The position numbers and the translations under genes were made by a program. A stretch of 64,000 nucleotides of DNA. Source: Candidatus Portnoybacteria bacterium (GTDB lineage: Bacteria; Patescibacteriota; Minisyncoccia; Portnoybacterales; GWB1-42-6). The stretch is taken from positions 31,088-95,087 of the forward strand of contig JAQTYI010000001.1 of assembly GCA_028688325.1 (NCBI GenBank). Reading direction: 5' to 3'. Within the stretch, counting starts at the first letter, position 1. Each line of letters begins with the position of its first letter. Of this stretch, positions 36,721 to 46,204 are shown piece by piece. The notes beneath the pieces were generated by a model that worked only from the letters and a program-made list of their open reading frames with translations, was not told where the DNA came from and ran no database searches.

Positions 36721-39700
36721 ATGAAGTTTACCCACCTCCATGTCCACTCCCACTATTCCCTGCTCGACGGTCTCGCCAAGATAGACGGGCTTGTCGACCG
36801 CGCGCTGAAATTAGGAATGGATTCGCTGGCTTTAACCGACCACGGCTCGCTTTACGGCGCGGTGGAGTTTTACAAAAAAGCCAAAGCCAAGGGGCTAAAG
36901 CCCATAATCGGTACGGAGCTTTATGTGGCGCCGGAAAAACTGACTGATAAGCGCCCTCGCATAGATGATAAAAATTACCATTTAATCTTGTTGGTTAAAA
37001 ACAAGACCGGATATCAAAATCTGGTTTTTTTGATGACCGAGGCCTGGCTCAAGGGATTTTATTACAAGCCCCGCATCGACAAGGACTTGCTGCGCGGCCG
37101 CGCCGAAGGCCTCATCGCCTCTTCCGCGTGTTTGGCCGGTGAAATTCCTCAGGCCATATTAAAAGGCAATCTCGATAAAGCGAAAGAGTTGGCTTTGGAA
37201 TACCAGGAAATTTTCGGCGCAGGCAATTTTTTTCTGGAATTGCAACACCATGCCAATTTGCCCGAGCAAGCCAAGGTCAACGCCGAACTTATAAAAATAA
37301 GCAAGAAAACCGGCGTGCCGCTGGTCGCGACAAACGATGTTCATTATCTAACTCCCGATCAGGCCCAAGCCCAGGATATATTGATGCTGGTCAACACCAA
37401 CGCGGATATCGACGACCCGGAACGCCTGTCGATGAGAGACAATGATTTTTCTTTGCGCCCACCACAGCAATTGATCGATTATTTCCAAGATGTTCCCGAA
37501 GCCATCTCAAACACACAAAAAATCGTCCAGCAATGCAACTTTGAATTCGAGCTGGGCAAATACCAGCTGCCGCATTTTAAAGTGCCGACCAAACAAACGC
37601 CCGAAGCGTTCTTGAAAGAACTTGCCTACAAAGGCATCAGCCACCGCTATCCAGGACAGACCAGCCAAGAAGTTCTGGAGCGGCTTGAATATGAGCTGGG
37701 AGTCATCAACAAGATGGGCTTCGCTTCGTATTTTTTAATCGTGCAAGATTTTGTCAATTGGGCAAAAAACCAGGGCATAGGTGTCGGCCCCGGCCGCGGT
37801 TCGGCCGCCGGCTCCATTGTCGCCTACCTTTTAAACATCACAGAGATAGAACCCTTAAAATACGACTTGCTGTTTGAAAGATTTTTGAATCCCGAACGCA
37901 TTTCCATGCCGGATATCGATTTGGATTTTGCCGACAATCGCCGGGACGAGGTCATCGCGTATGTGCGCCAAAAATACGGCGATGACCATGTGGCTCAGAT
38001 CATCACCTTCGGAACTATGGCGGCCCGCGCGGCCATCCGCGACACCGGCCGCGCCATGGGCGTGGCGTATCTCCTTTGCGACCAAGTGGCCAAAAGTATT
38101 CCCTTCGGCCTGACGCTGGACAAAGCTCTCACCGACTCCCAGGAATTCAAACAGCTTTATGATTCCGACGAGCAAGTCAAAAAACTTATAGATACCGCCT
38201 TGGTGTTGGAAGGCGTGGCGCGCCACGCTTCCACCCACGCGGCTGGAGTCCTTATTACCAAAGACCCGTTAAATACCATCGTGCCCTTGCAGCGGCCGAC
38301 GCAAGACAGGGAAAACGGCGGCAATGTTTCCCAATACGAAATGCATGCCATTGAAGACCTGGGTCTTTTGAAAATGGACTTTTTGGGGTTGAAAACCCTA
38401 ACCCAGATAGAAAATACTGTTAATATCATCAAAAATACCAAGGGCGAAAAAATAAATGCGGGCGCGCTGGCGTTGGATGATAAAAAAACCTACAAGCTTC
38501 TGCAAGAAGCGAAAACCACGGGCGTGTTCCAGCTGGAATCGGGCGGAATGAAACGGAATCTGAAGGAATTAAAGCCCACGGTTTTTGAAGATATTATCGC
38601 CATGGTGGCATTATACCGGCCCGGCCCGATGGACTTCATTCCGGATTTCATCGCGCGCAAACACGGCCACAAAAAAATCGAATATATCCACCCGGCGCTG
38701 GAAGGCATCATCGGCAACACCTACGGCGTCGTCGTCTATCAAGAGCAAGTCATGGCCATTGCCAGCCGCTTGGCCGGCTTTACCATGCCCGAAGCCGACA
38801 CGCTGCGCAAAGCCATGGGCAAAAAGATAAAAAAACTCATGGACGAGCAGCGCGAAAAACTCATCCAGGGCATGACGCGCAATAATATCACCGGCGGCAT
38901 CGCCGAAAAGATATGGGAATTCATCGAGCCCTTTGCCCAATATGGCTTCAACAAAGCGCACGCCACCTGCTACGCCCTGCTCGGATATCAGACCGCGTAT
39001 CTTAAAGCCCACTACCCGACGGAATTTATGGCCGCGTTGATGAATTCCGAATCCGACGATATCGAGCGCATCGCTTTTTTAGTGGACGAATGCCGACAGA
39101 TGAAGATCGATGTTCTGCCGCCCGACATCAATGAAAGTTTGGGTTCGTTTACCGTGATGAAAGACGGCGCCATCCGTTTCGGGCTGAAGGCCGTGAAAAA
39201 TGTCGGTTCCAATGTGGTGGATGCCATTGTTAAAGAAAGAAAACAAAACGGCGCGTTCAAAACCATCGCCGAAGTCATTGAAAGAGTGAAGGACAAGGAC
39301 TTGAACAAAAAATCTTTGGAAAGCTTAATAAAATGCGGCGCGCTGGACGCCATCGGCGAACGCGGCCAATTTTTGGCGAACCTTGAAGCGTTGTTAAACT
39401 ATGCCCGCGAAGTCCAACGGCCAAAGACCAACGGCCAAGCCAGCTTATTTGGCGGAGCGGAAAATAAAAATCTTCTGCCGCCGCTGAAATTGCAGGAGGC
39501 GGCTCCGGCCGGCAAGAAAGAAAAGCTGGACTGGGAGAAAGAATTGCTGGGGCTTTATGTTTCCGAGCATCCGGCCAGGGAATACGAAAAAGTCATTTTA
39601 CAGCGCGCTTTTATGCCGTCCAAGCTGACGCACGAAATGGTCGGCAAATCCTTGAAAGTCGGCGGCGTTTTGAGCCATGTTAAAAAAATAATCACCAAAG

Positions 39701-39915
39701 CGGGAAAGCCAATGCTATTTGTGGGGTTGGAAGATGAAAAAGCCAAACTGGAAATTCTGGTCTTCCCCAAAATGCTGGAGCGCACTCCGACTTTCTGGCA
39801 GGAAGGCAAAGTCGTGATTGTTTCGGGGCGACTGGACGACAAAGAAGGCAATTTCAAACTCCTTTGCGAAGAAGTGCAGGAGCTGAACGCCAACCACCTC
39901 AAAAACGCGCAGTAA
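36721..39915 (+). CDS. dnaE: DNA polymerase III alpha subunit
   Basis: PHP domain (HLHVHSHYSLLDG), polymerase core (GVGPGRGSAAGS), OB-fold; 1064 aa. Confidence 0.9.
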   Translation: MKFTHLHVHSHYSLLDGLAKIDGLVDRALKLGMDSLALTDHGSLYGAVEFYKKAKAKGLKPIIGTELYVAPEKLTDKRPRIDDKNYHLILLVKNKTGYQNLVFLMTEAWLKGFYYKPRIDKDLLRGRAEGLIASSACLAGEIPQAILKGNLDKAKELALEYQEIFGAGNFFLELQHHANLPEQAKVNAELIKISKKTGVPLVATNDVHYLTPDQAQAQDILMLVNTNADIDDPERLSMRDNDFSLRPPQQLIDYFQDVPEAISNTQKIVQQCNFEFELGKYQLPHFKVPTKQTPEAFLKELAYKGISHRYPGQTSQEVLERLEYELGVINKMGFASYFLIVQDFVNWAKNQGIGVGPGRGSAAGSIVAYLLNITEIEPLKYDLLFERFLNPERISMPDIDLDFADNRRDEVIAYVRQKYGDDHVAQIITFGTMAARAAIRDTGRAMGVAYLLCDQVAKSIPFGLTLDKALTDSQEFKQLYDSDEQVKKLIDTALVLEGVARHASTHAAGVLITKDPLNTIVPLQRPTQDRENGGNVSQYEMHAIEDLGLLKMDFLGLKTLTQIENTVNIIKNTKGEKINAGALALDDKKTYKLLQEAKTTGVFQLESGGMKRNLKELKPTVFEDIIAMVALYRPGPMDFIPDFIARKHGHKKIEYIHPALEGIIGNTYGVVVYQEQVMAIASRLAGFTMPEADTLRKAMGKKIKKLMDEQREKLIQGMTRNNITGGIAEKIWEFIEPFAQYGFNKAHATCYALLGYQTAYLKAHYPTEFMAALMNSESDDIERIAFLVDECRQMKIDVLPPDINESLGSFTVMKDGAIRFGLKAVKNVGSNVVDAIVKERKQNGAFKTIAEVIERVKDKDLNKKSLESLIKCGALDAIGERGQFLANLEALLNYAREVQRPKTNGQASLFGGAENKNLLPPLKLQEAAPAGKKEKLDWEKELLGLYVSEHPAREYEKVILQRAFMPSKLTHEMVGKSLKVGGVLSHVKKIITKAGKPMLFVGLEDEKAKLEILVFPKMLERTPTFWQEGKVVIVSGRLDDKEGNFKLLCEEVQELNANHLKNAQ

Positions 39916-39927
39916 GCAGAATTATTA

Positions 39928-39957
39928 TTGACAGCGTTCGCCTAAAAAGCGTAAAAT
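39928..39957 (+). promoter_or_regulatory. Sigma-70-type promoter (TTGACA, 18-nt spacer, TAAAAT) driving the thrS leader
   Basis: Read from the sequence immediately after the dnaE stop. Confidence 0.5.
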
Positions 39958-39963
39958 GTATTC

Positions 39964-40182
39964 ATAAACGAGCAATAAAGCGGACTCACCAACCCCTCGA
40001 CAGACCCAGGGCAAGCCGTCCAAAGCTGTCAACGCTCACGCGGGATACCGGCGCGCTGGTATTATAAAGAGTCCGGCTTTTATCTTAAAGCCGGAAAATT
40101 GGGTGGAACCGCGAGGTATAAAAATACCCCGTCCCAAATATCTTCTTAATTGAAGATTTTTAGGACGGGGCTTTCTTTTTAA
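39964..40182 (+). ncRNA. Putative T-box leader (Thr specifier ACC) upstream of thrS
   Basis: AAAATTGGGTGGAACCGCGAGG at 40095-40116 matches the T-box consensus AAUUAGGGUGGNACCGCG. A candidate specifier ACC-A lies in gactcACCAacc. An intrinsic terminator follows at 40127-40180 (ccccgtcc...ggacgggg plus a T-run). Confidence 0.5.
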
Positions 40183-40360
40183 TTCTACTGCGCACGGTCG
40201 GGATAAAAGAAATCCCATGTTTTCCGATCCATGGGCTCCAGATCGACGCAACCGCAGCTTCGGCAGTCCACGATCATCCTTACGACATTTAATTCTTTAC
40301 CGTCCGGACTTGCCTGCGGCCATTCCTGAAACATCGCTGAACATTGCCCTTTGTCAGCGA

Positions 40361-40468
40361 CTAATGTACCGCACACTGCGGACAGCACCAAACAACATCT
40401 TCCGGCAATTCCACTGAGCCGCCGCAAGCCAAATAGCCCAAACCTATCCTGGTTTTTACACCGCTCAT
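40361..40468 (-). CDS. Small Cys-rich ORF (35 aa, CxxC) with a strong Shine-Dalgarno site; may be a frameshifted, longer zinc-ribbon/rubredoxin-like gene
   Basis: aaaggaggagaat-ATG; MSGVKTRIGLGYLACGGSVELPEDVVWCCPQCAVH. The overlapping 80-aa track ORF (40185-40427) in another frame carries CRSCGC. Confidence 0.3.
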   Translation of the reverse strand: MSGVKTRIGLGYLACGGSVELPEDVVWCCPQCAVH

Positions 40469-40523
40469 ATTCTCCTCCTTTAAGAACTGTATTTATACCA
40501 CTTATTAACTTTAATAAAAAACT

Positions 40524-42278
40524 ATGTCAACTAAAAACGAAAGTCAATTGGAAATCCTCCGCCATTCTGCGGCTCATGTTCTCGCCGCCGCGGTTTTAGA
40601 GATGTTCCCCGAAGCCAAATTTGCCATCGGGCCAAATATTGAAGACGGGTTTTATTATGATTTCGATCTGCCCCGCACGCTAATACCGGAAGACCTGGCT
40701 TTGCTGGAAGAAAAAATGTGCGCGATAATCGGGCAGGATCTGCCTTTTGAAAAAAGCGAAGCGGATGCAAAAGAAGCTATAAAGCTGTTCAAAAAAGCCG
40801 GCCAGCCGTATAAGGTTGAACTGATAGAAGACCTGGCCAAAAATGAAGGCGCAGAGAATGTCTCGCTTTATAAATCCGGCCCATTCGTGGACCTGTGCCG
40901 CGGCCCGCATATTGAATCGGCCGGTAAGATAAAACCGGACGCTTTCAAATTGCTCAAAATTTCCGGCGCTTATTGGCGCGGCAGCGAAAAAAATAAGATG
41001 CTCCAGCGCATCTACGGCACGGCCTGGGAATCAAAAAAGGACTTGGCCGCGTATTTGAACCGCCTGGAAGAAGCGGCCAAACGCGACCACCGAAAAATTG
41101 GCAAAGACCAGGACTTATTTTCTTTCCATGATGTGGCCCCGGGCATGCCGTTTTTTCATCCCAAGGGAACCGTCATTTATAATCTGCTAAAAAACTTCTG
41201 GGTTGAAGCGCAAAAAGAATTTGGTTACGATAATATCCTCTGCCCCTCAATGCTGGATGTGGCCATCTGGAAAAAATCCGGCCACTGGGACCACTATAAA
41301 GACGATATGTATTTCATCAAAGCCGGAGAAGACGAGAAAGAATACGCCTTGCGGCCCATGGATTGCCCGGGCGCCATTTTGATATATAACAATTCTTTGC
41401 ATTCTTATCGCGAACTCCCCTTGCGCTATGCCGAACCGGGACTCATTACCCGTAAAGAAAAGTCCGGCCAACTAAACGGCCTCTTGCGCGTGCAGCAATT
41501 TGTGCAGGATGACGCGCATATCTTTTTAACTGAGGGACAGATAGAACAAGAAGTGAAAAATGTCATCAATTTAGTAGATAAAATATATAAGCCGTTCGGT
41601 ATCAAGTATAAAGCGTATCTTTCTACCAGACCCGATGATTATATGGGCGACATCAAATCATGGGAAAAAGCCGAAAACGCGTTAAAAAATATTTTGGATG
41701 AAGTTTACGGACAAGATAATTACGGCCTAAAAGAAAAAGACGGCGCATTTTATGGGCCCAAAATCGACTACCAGCTGGAAGACGCCATTGGCCGCACCTG
41801 GCAGTGCGCCACCATCCAGCTGGACTTCCAAATGCCGGAAAAATTCGGCTGCCGCTATATTGATAATGAAGGCAAAGAGCAACGACCCGTAATGATACAT
41901 CGCACTATTATGGGCGCATTTGAGCGCTTTATGGGCATCCTGATAGAGCATTATGCCGGCGCCTGGCCCGCGTGGCTGGCGCCTGAACAGGCCTGGCTCT
42001 TGCCCATCGGCGAAAAGCATACCGACTATGCCAACTCGGTCGCGCAAAAACTCCGCGCCGCCGGCATTCGCATTGCCGTCAAAAATGAAAGCGACACTAT
42101 CGGCAAAAAGATCCGCGCAGGCGAACAACAAAAGGTATCGTATCTTCTGGTTATGGGCGATAAAGAAATCGCCGCCGATTCCGTCGCCGTGCGCGAACGA
42201 GGCAAGGGAGACCTGGGGGCAATGAAGGTTGAAGATTTTGTTGAAAAAATAAAAGAAGAGATCGACAATAAATCATAG
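40524..42278 (+). CDS. thrS: Threonyl-tRNA synthetase (lacks the N-terminal TGS domain)
   Basis: Editing-domain HSAAH, class II aaRS motifs, C-terminal anticodon-binding domain; 584 aa. Confidence 0.9.
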   Translation: MSTKNESQLEILRHSAAHVLAAAVLEMFPEAKFAIGPNIEDGFYYDFDLPRTLIPEDLALLEEKMCAIIGQDLPFEKSEADAKEAIKLFKKAGQPYKVELIEDLAKNEGAENVSLYKSGPFVDLCRGPHIESAGKIKPDAFKLLKISGAYWRGSEKNKMLQRIYGTAWESKKDLAAYLNRLEEAAKRDHRKIGKDQDLFSFHDVAPGMPFFHPKGTVIYNLLKNFWVEAQKEFGYDNILCPSMLDVAIWKKSGHWDHYKDDMYFIKAGEDEKEYALRPMDCPGAILIYNNSLHSYRELPLRYAEPGLITRKEKSGQLNGLLRVQQFVQDDAHIFLTEGQIEQEVKNVINLVDKIYKPFGIKYKAYLSTRPDDYMGDIKSWEKAENALKNILDEVYGQDNYGLKEKDGAFYGPKIDYQLEDAIGRTWQCATIQLDFQMPEKFGCRYIDNEGKEQRPVMIHRTIMGAFERFMGILIEHYAGAWPAWLAPEQAWLLPIGEKHTDYANSVAQKLRAAGIRIAVKNESDTIGKKIRAGEQQKVSYLLVMGDKEIAADSVAVRERGKGDLGAMKVEDFVEKIKEEIDNKS

Positions 42279-42310
42279 AGTTCCTCGCGCATATAAAGAA
42301 CCTTATCATT

Positions 42311-42587
42311 CAAGCCGCCCATAGCGAAAATGGGGGTTGTTCTGCCGCGCATACGAAAAACTTTAAGACAAAATCGAGATGAGCGAGGCGTTTAAAATCG
42401 CGTGCTGTGGCGGGGCCCCAAGCGTCAGCTTGGGGCGTTGTGCATAGCGATTTTAGATGAGCGAATCCGATTTTGTTAAAGTTTTATCGCCGCGCGGGAA
42501 CTCTTTTGCTACTTTTCTGGTTACAGAAAAGTAGATTAAATTATATTAACCTGGATTCCCGCCCCGCATTTGATGCGGGGCGGGAAT
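42311..42587. repeat. About 200-bp structured intergenic repeat family, copy 3 (extended)
   Basis: Nearly identical to copy 2. The terminal hairpin is lengthened to attcccgccccgca-tttga-tgcggggcgggaat, with pairing preserved. Confidence 0.75.
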
Positions 42588-42600
42588 AACAATATATACG

Positions 42601-44103
42601 ATGAATCTCCTTAAAAAATCCTGGCCGTTCATATTCCTGACAGCTTTATCGCTCATAATCCACTTCTCCTTTTTAAGCTACCCCAGCCAGGTGGTTTTTG
42701 ACGAGGTGCATTTTGGCAAGTTCGCGGCCGCCTATTCCACGGGCCAGTATTATTTTGACATCCATCCGCCGCTTGGCAAACTGATGATAGCGGGTTTTAC
42801 AAAATTGGCCGGCATTGATCCGGTTTTTGATTTTAACAACATCGGCGAGAATATGCCCGCCGGCACTCTTTTTGCCATGAGATTTCTGCCCGCGCTTTTT
42901 GGCGCACTTTTTGTTTTGGCCTTTAGCTGGTTGGCGTGGCTCGCAACTCGCGACAAAAAAATCGCCCTACTGGCCGGTTTTTTGATATTGCTGGATAACG
43001 CTTTTTTAGTGCAATCAAAATTCATTCTGGTGGATATTTTTATGCTGTTTTTTGAAGTTTTAACGCTCTGTTTTTTCTTCCTGTGGCAAAGGCAAAAAAG
43101 CTTTGGCGCAAAATGGTTTTCATATTTATTCTTGACCGCAATATTTTTCGGACTGACAATTTCCATTAAATGGACAGGGTTGGCGACTATCGGCATCATT
43201 GGCGTTATTTTGTTTATAAAAATATTTAGCAAAAAAATATCTATCTACTTAAGTCATCCTGAACCGCCAGTGGGCGGTGAAGGATCTTTAATAGATTCTT
43301 CGGCCTCGACGGAGTTTATGCTGAGTGAAACGAATGTGCTCGGCCTCAGAATGACAAAATTAAACTTGCTCAAAGAATGGCTGGTTGGTTTTTCTGCTAT
43401 CATACTTATCGGTTTCCTCGTATACCTCATCCCCTTCTATATCCACTTCGACCTTCTCCCCAACTCCGGCCCGGGCGATGCTTTTATGAGCCCGCAATTC
43501 CGGCAGGAACTGCAATACGGCCGCGCCAATGTTTATCAGCCGCTGCCCTTTTGGCAAAAATTTACAGAGCTCAATAAAACCATGTATACGGCCAGTACCA
43601 ACCTGACCACCGAGCATCCTTTTGGCAGCAAGTGGTATAGTTGGCCGCTGAATAGCAAGCCCGTCTATTATTGGAATAGGGATGAAATTGCGAGCCGCCC
43701 CGACTGGCAAGCCAAGATATTTTTTTCCGGCAACCCTGCAATCTGGCTCATAGCGGCCATAGGCATAATTTTCGTTCTAATAAAACTAGCAACCAAAAAA
43801 GGTCGGCGCGATTTCGGTCCGTTTTTTTTTATTTTATTGATAGCTTATTTTGCCAATCTCCTGCCGTTCATTTTTATTAAACGGGTGGCGTTTCTATACC
43901 ACTATCTGCCCCCGGCGATTTATGCCAATTTTATTTTGACTCTGCTCCTGGCTAAGCTCTGGCCGAAAGAAAAAAACTTTTTTACCGCGGCTATAATTTT
44001 TGTTATTCTCGGATTCATCCTGCTCTCGCCGCTTTCTTACGGCTGGCCGATGCCGCCAAAACTCGATTGGGCGGAAACAAACTTCATCGGTCTTTTTCAT
44101 TAA
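42601..44103 (+). CDS. GT39/PMT-family (ArnT-like) membrane glycosyltransferase with an in-frame insert of about 35 aa encoded by a palindromic repeat
   Basis: The FDEVHFGKFAAAY PMT motif and many TM helices. The extra SHPEPPVGGEGSLIDSSASTEFMLSETNVLGLRMTKL maps to the gtcatcctga...cagaatgacaaa repeat at 43253-43356. Confidence 0.7.
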   Translation: MNLLKKSWPFIFLTALSLIIHFSFLSYPSQVVFDEVHFGKFAAAYSTGQYYFDIHPPLGKLMIAGFTKLAGIDPVFDFNNIGENMPAGTLFAMRFLPALFGALFVLAFSWLAWLATRDKKIALLAGFLILLDNAFLVQSKFILVDIFMLFFEVLTLCFFFLWQRQKSFGAKWFSYLFLTAIFFGLTISIKWTGLATIGIIGVILFIKIFSKKISIYLSHPEPPVGGEGSLIDSSASTEFMLSETNVLGLRMTKLNLLKEWLVGFSAIILIGFLVYLIPFYIHFDLLPNSGPGDAFMSPQFRQELQYGRANVYQPLPFWQKFTELNKTMYTASTNLTTEHPFGSKWYSWPLNSKPVYYWNRDEIASRPDWQAKIFFSGNPAIWLIAAIGIIFVLIKLATKKGRRDFGPFFFILLIAYFANLLPFIFIKRVAFLYHYLPPAIYANFILTLLLAKLWPKEKNFFTAAIIFVILGFILLSPLSYGWPMPPKLDWAETNFIGLFH

Positions 44104-44120
44104 AGGCGTTCTGTGATAAA

Positions 44121-44597
44121 ATGCGGTTATATATGCCGACCAAGAGAAAATATCCTTACAATCGCGAACGGCTCTTGTTGACCGCCCTGGTCGCGGTAAC
44201 ATTTTTCGGCTTCCTTTTGTGGTCCATAGAACAAACCGCGTCCGAACAAGAAGACCTTCTAACCGCCTCCGCGATCATCAGCTTTCCAAACAGCAACAGA
44301 TCGATCAGGGCCTTGTCACCAAAGATTGGCGCCGCCATAAAAAGCCCCGTGGTAATTTCAGGGCGCGCCTCTGTTTTTGAAGCGGTGTTGCAAGCAAGGA
44401 TAAAAGACGCTTCCGGCCTGACCCTGGCACAAACGAAAATCATGGCAAAAGAGGGGCAGAAAATGTCGCCCTTCAGCGCTTCGGTAAAATACAAAAAGCC
44501 GACCAGGCCCAAAGGAACGATTGAAGTTTTCTCTCTTTCCGCCAAAGACGGCTCCGAGATCAACAAAATAACTATTCCGGTCGTTTTTAAAGATTAG
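44121..44597 (+). CDS. Hypothetical membrane-anchored protein
   Basis: ORF with one N-terminal TM segment and no recognisable family. Confidence 0.45.
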   Translation: MRLYMPTKRKYPYNRERLLLTALVAVTFFGFLLWSIEQTASEQEDLLTASAIISFPNSNRSIRALSPKIGAAIKSPVVISGRASVFEAVLQARIKDASGLTLAQTKIMAKEGQKMSPFSASVKYKKPTRPKGTIEVFSLSAKDGSEINKITIPVVFKD

Positions 44598-44696
44598 TAA
44601 TCGCTAATTTGCGCGAATTGACACGAATAAAAAACGAATAATATCGATGCGGCGGCGCTTGTAAAAGAGCCGCTGTTTTGTTAGTATGCCAACGAT

Positions 44697-46022
44697 ATGA
44701 ACTATTTTACCATTACCTATGGCTGTCAAATGAATAGGTCCGACAGCGAGAAAATCACGACCCGCCTCCGTAAAATGGGTCACCAACCGGCCAAAAACGC
44801 GGCTCTGGCCGAATTAATAGTGGTTAATCTTTGTTCGGTCAGAGAAAGCGCCGTCCATCGCGCGCTGGACCAGATACATAAACTATCTGATGGTCGAAAA
44901 AAAATAATCGCGGCCGGATGCATTCTGCCGCAAGACAGAAAAAAGCTGGCTGCCAAAAATATCGCTATCTGGCACCCGGATGATTATTTTTCGCAAGTCC
45001 CCCTGCGGGAAAGCGAATTCAGCGTGTTCGTGCCGATAATGACCGGCTGCAACAACTTCTGTTCTTATTGCGCCGTGCCCTTCACGCGGGGCAGAGAAAA
45101 ATCACGCCCCGCCAAAGAAATAATCGCCGAAATAAAAAAACTGCTCAAAAACGGAGCTAAAGAGATAATTTTGCTTGGGCAGAATGTGAATTCTTATAAA
45201 GATACCGCCGAAACATTTAATCCCCCCACCCCCCTTTTGCGTAAGGGGGGCGAAAAACCCGTATCTGCCTCCCTTGTAAAAAGGGGGGCGGGGGGATTAA
45301 AAAATACCTCGATCGACTTTCCGGCCCTATTAATAATAATCAACGCCCTCTCCGGCAACTTCCGCCTTTCCTTCATCACTTCCCATCCCAAAGATATGTC
45401 GGATAAGCTGATTGAAACGATGGCCAAGTGTAAAAAAATTATTCCTTATTTGCATTTGCCCGTTCAAAGCGGCGACGACAAGATCTTGCGGGCTATGAAC
45501 AGACATTATAGTGTCGCGCATTATAAAAATTTGATAAAAAAGATCCACTCCTCCTTTGCCCGCTGGCGGGCTTCGGAGGACAAGCCGCCCTTTTCTCCCA
45601 TAGCCATCTCCACCGACATAATTGTTGGCTTTCCCGGCGAAACTGCTAAACAATTTCAAAACACGCTAAAACTGATAAAGAATGTTAATTTTGATATGAT
45701 ATATTTTGCCCGGTATTCTCCGCGATCCGGCACCGCGGCCGCCAAATTAAAAGACAATGTTTCGCCGAAAGAAAAAAGACGCCGGGCGCAAGTGATAAAT
45801 TCCCTGCTAAAAAAACAGGCACTGGAGTTGAATAAAAAATATATCGGGCAAGAAGTCGAGATACTGGTGGAAAAAGTCGACGCGAACTGGGCCCGGGGAA
45901 AAACTTCAACTAACAAGGAAGTGATGTTGCCGCGAAAAAAATTGAAGATAGGACAATTTACAACGGTAAAAATAACCGAAGCCGCCGCTTGGCATTTGAA
46001 GGGATTAGAAAAGCCGCGCTAA
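44697..46022 (+). CDS. miaB: MiaB/RimO-family radical-SAM methylthiotransferase (likely tRNA i6A37 methylthiotransferase) with an in-frame insert of about 25 aa
   Basis: N-terminal MTTase domain (YGCQMN), radical-SAM CNNFCSYC, TRAM domain. The insert TFNPPTPLLRKGGEKPVSASLVKRGAGGLK is encoded by the poly-G/C palindrome at 45218-45300. Confidence 0.85.
   Translation: MNYFTITYGCQMNRSDSEKITTRLRKMGHQPAKNAALAELIVVNLCSVRESAVHRALDQIHKLSDGRKKIIAAGCILPQDRKKLAAKNIAIWHPDDYFSQVPLRESEFSVFVPIMTGCNNFCSYCAVPFTRGREKSRPAKEIIAEIKKLLKNGAKEIILLGQNVNSYKDTAETFNPPTPLLRKGGEKPVSASLVKRGAGGLKNTSIDFPALLIIINALSGNFRLSFITSHPKDMSDKLIETMAKCKKIIPYLHLPVQSGDDKILRAMNRHYSVAHYKNLIKKIHSSFARWRASEDKPPFSPIAISTDIIVGFPGETAKQFQNTLKLIKNVNFDMIYFARYSPRSGTAAAKLKDNVSPKEKRRRAQVINSLLKKQALELNKKYIGQEVEILVEKVDANWARGKTSTNKEVMLPRKKLKIGQFTTVKITEAAAWHLKGLEKPR
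45218..45300. repeat. Poly-G/poly-C palindromic element inserted in frame in miaB
   Basis: aatccccccaccccccttttgcgtaaggggggcgaaaaacccgtatctgcctcccttgtaaaaaggggggcggggggatt. Confidence 0.7.
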
Positions 46023-46204
46023 CATTAAGTCAGCCGGCCATCTAATATACATGTATTCTGACCTTGCTTGAGCGGCGCGAATTTTGGCGTGCCGCCTTTG
46101 CCGGCCGTAAATAAAACGCGTTTTCCGCACAAAAGAACTATAACAACAAAAAAGTGCCGTTTTCGGCGCCTTTTATACACTCATTTTAACTTTTTACCGA
46201 ACCT

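Noticed and set aside
37159-39902. Multiple short ORFs on both strands inside dnaE
   Set aside because: They are nested within the 1064-aa DNA polymerase III alpha ORF and have no independent support.
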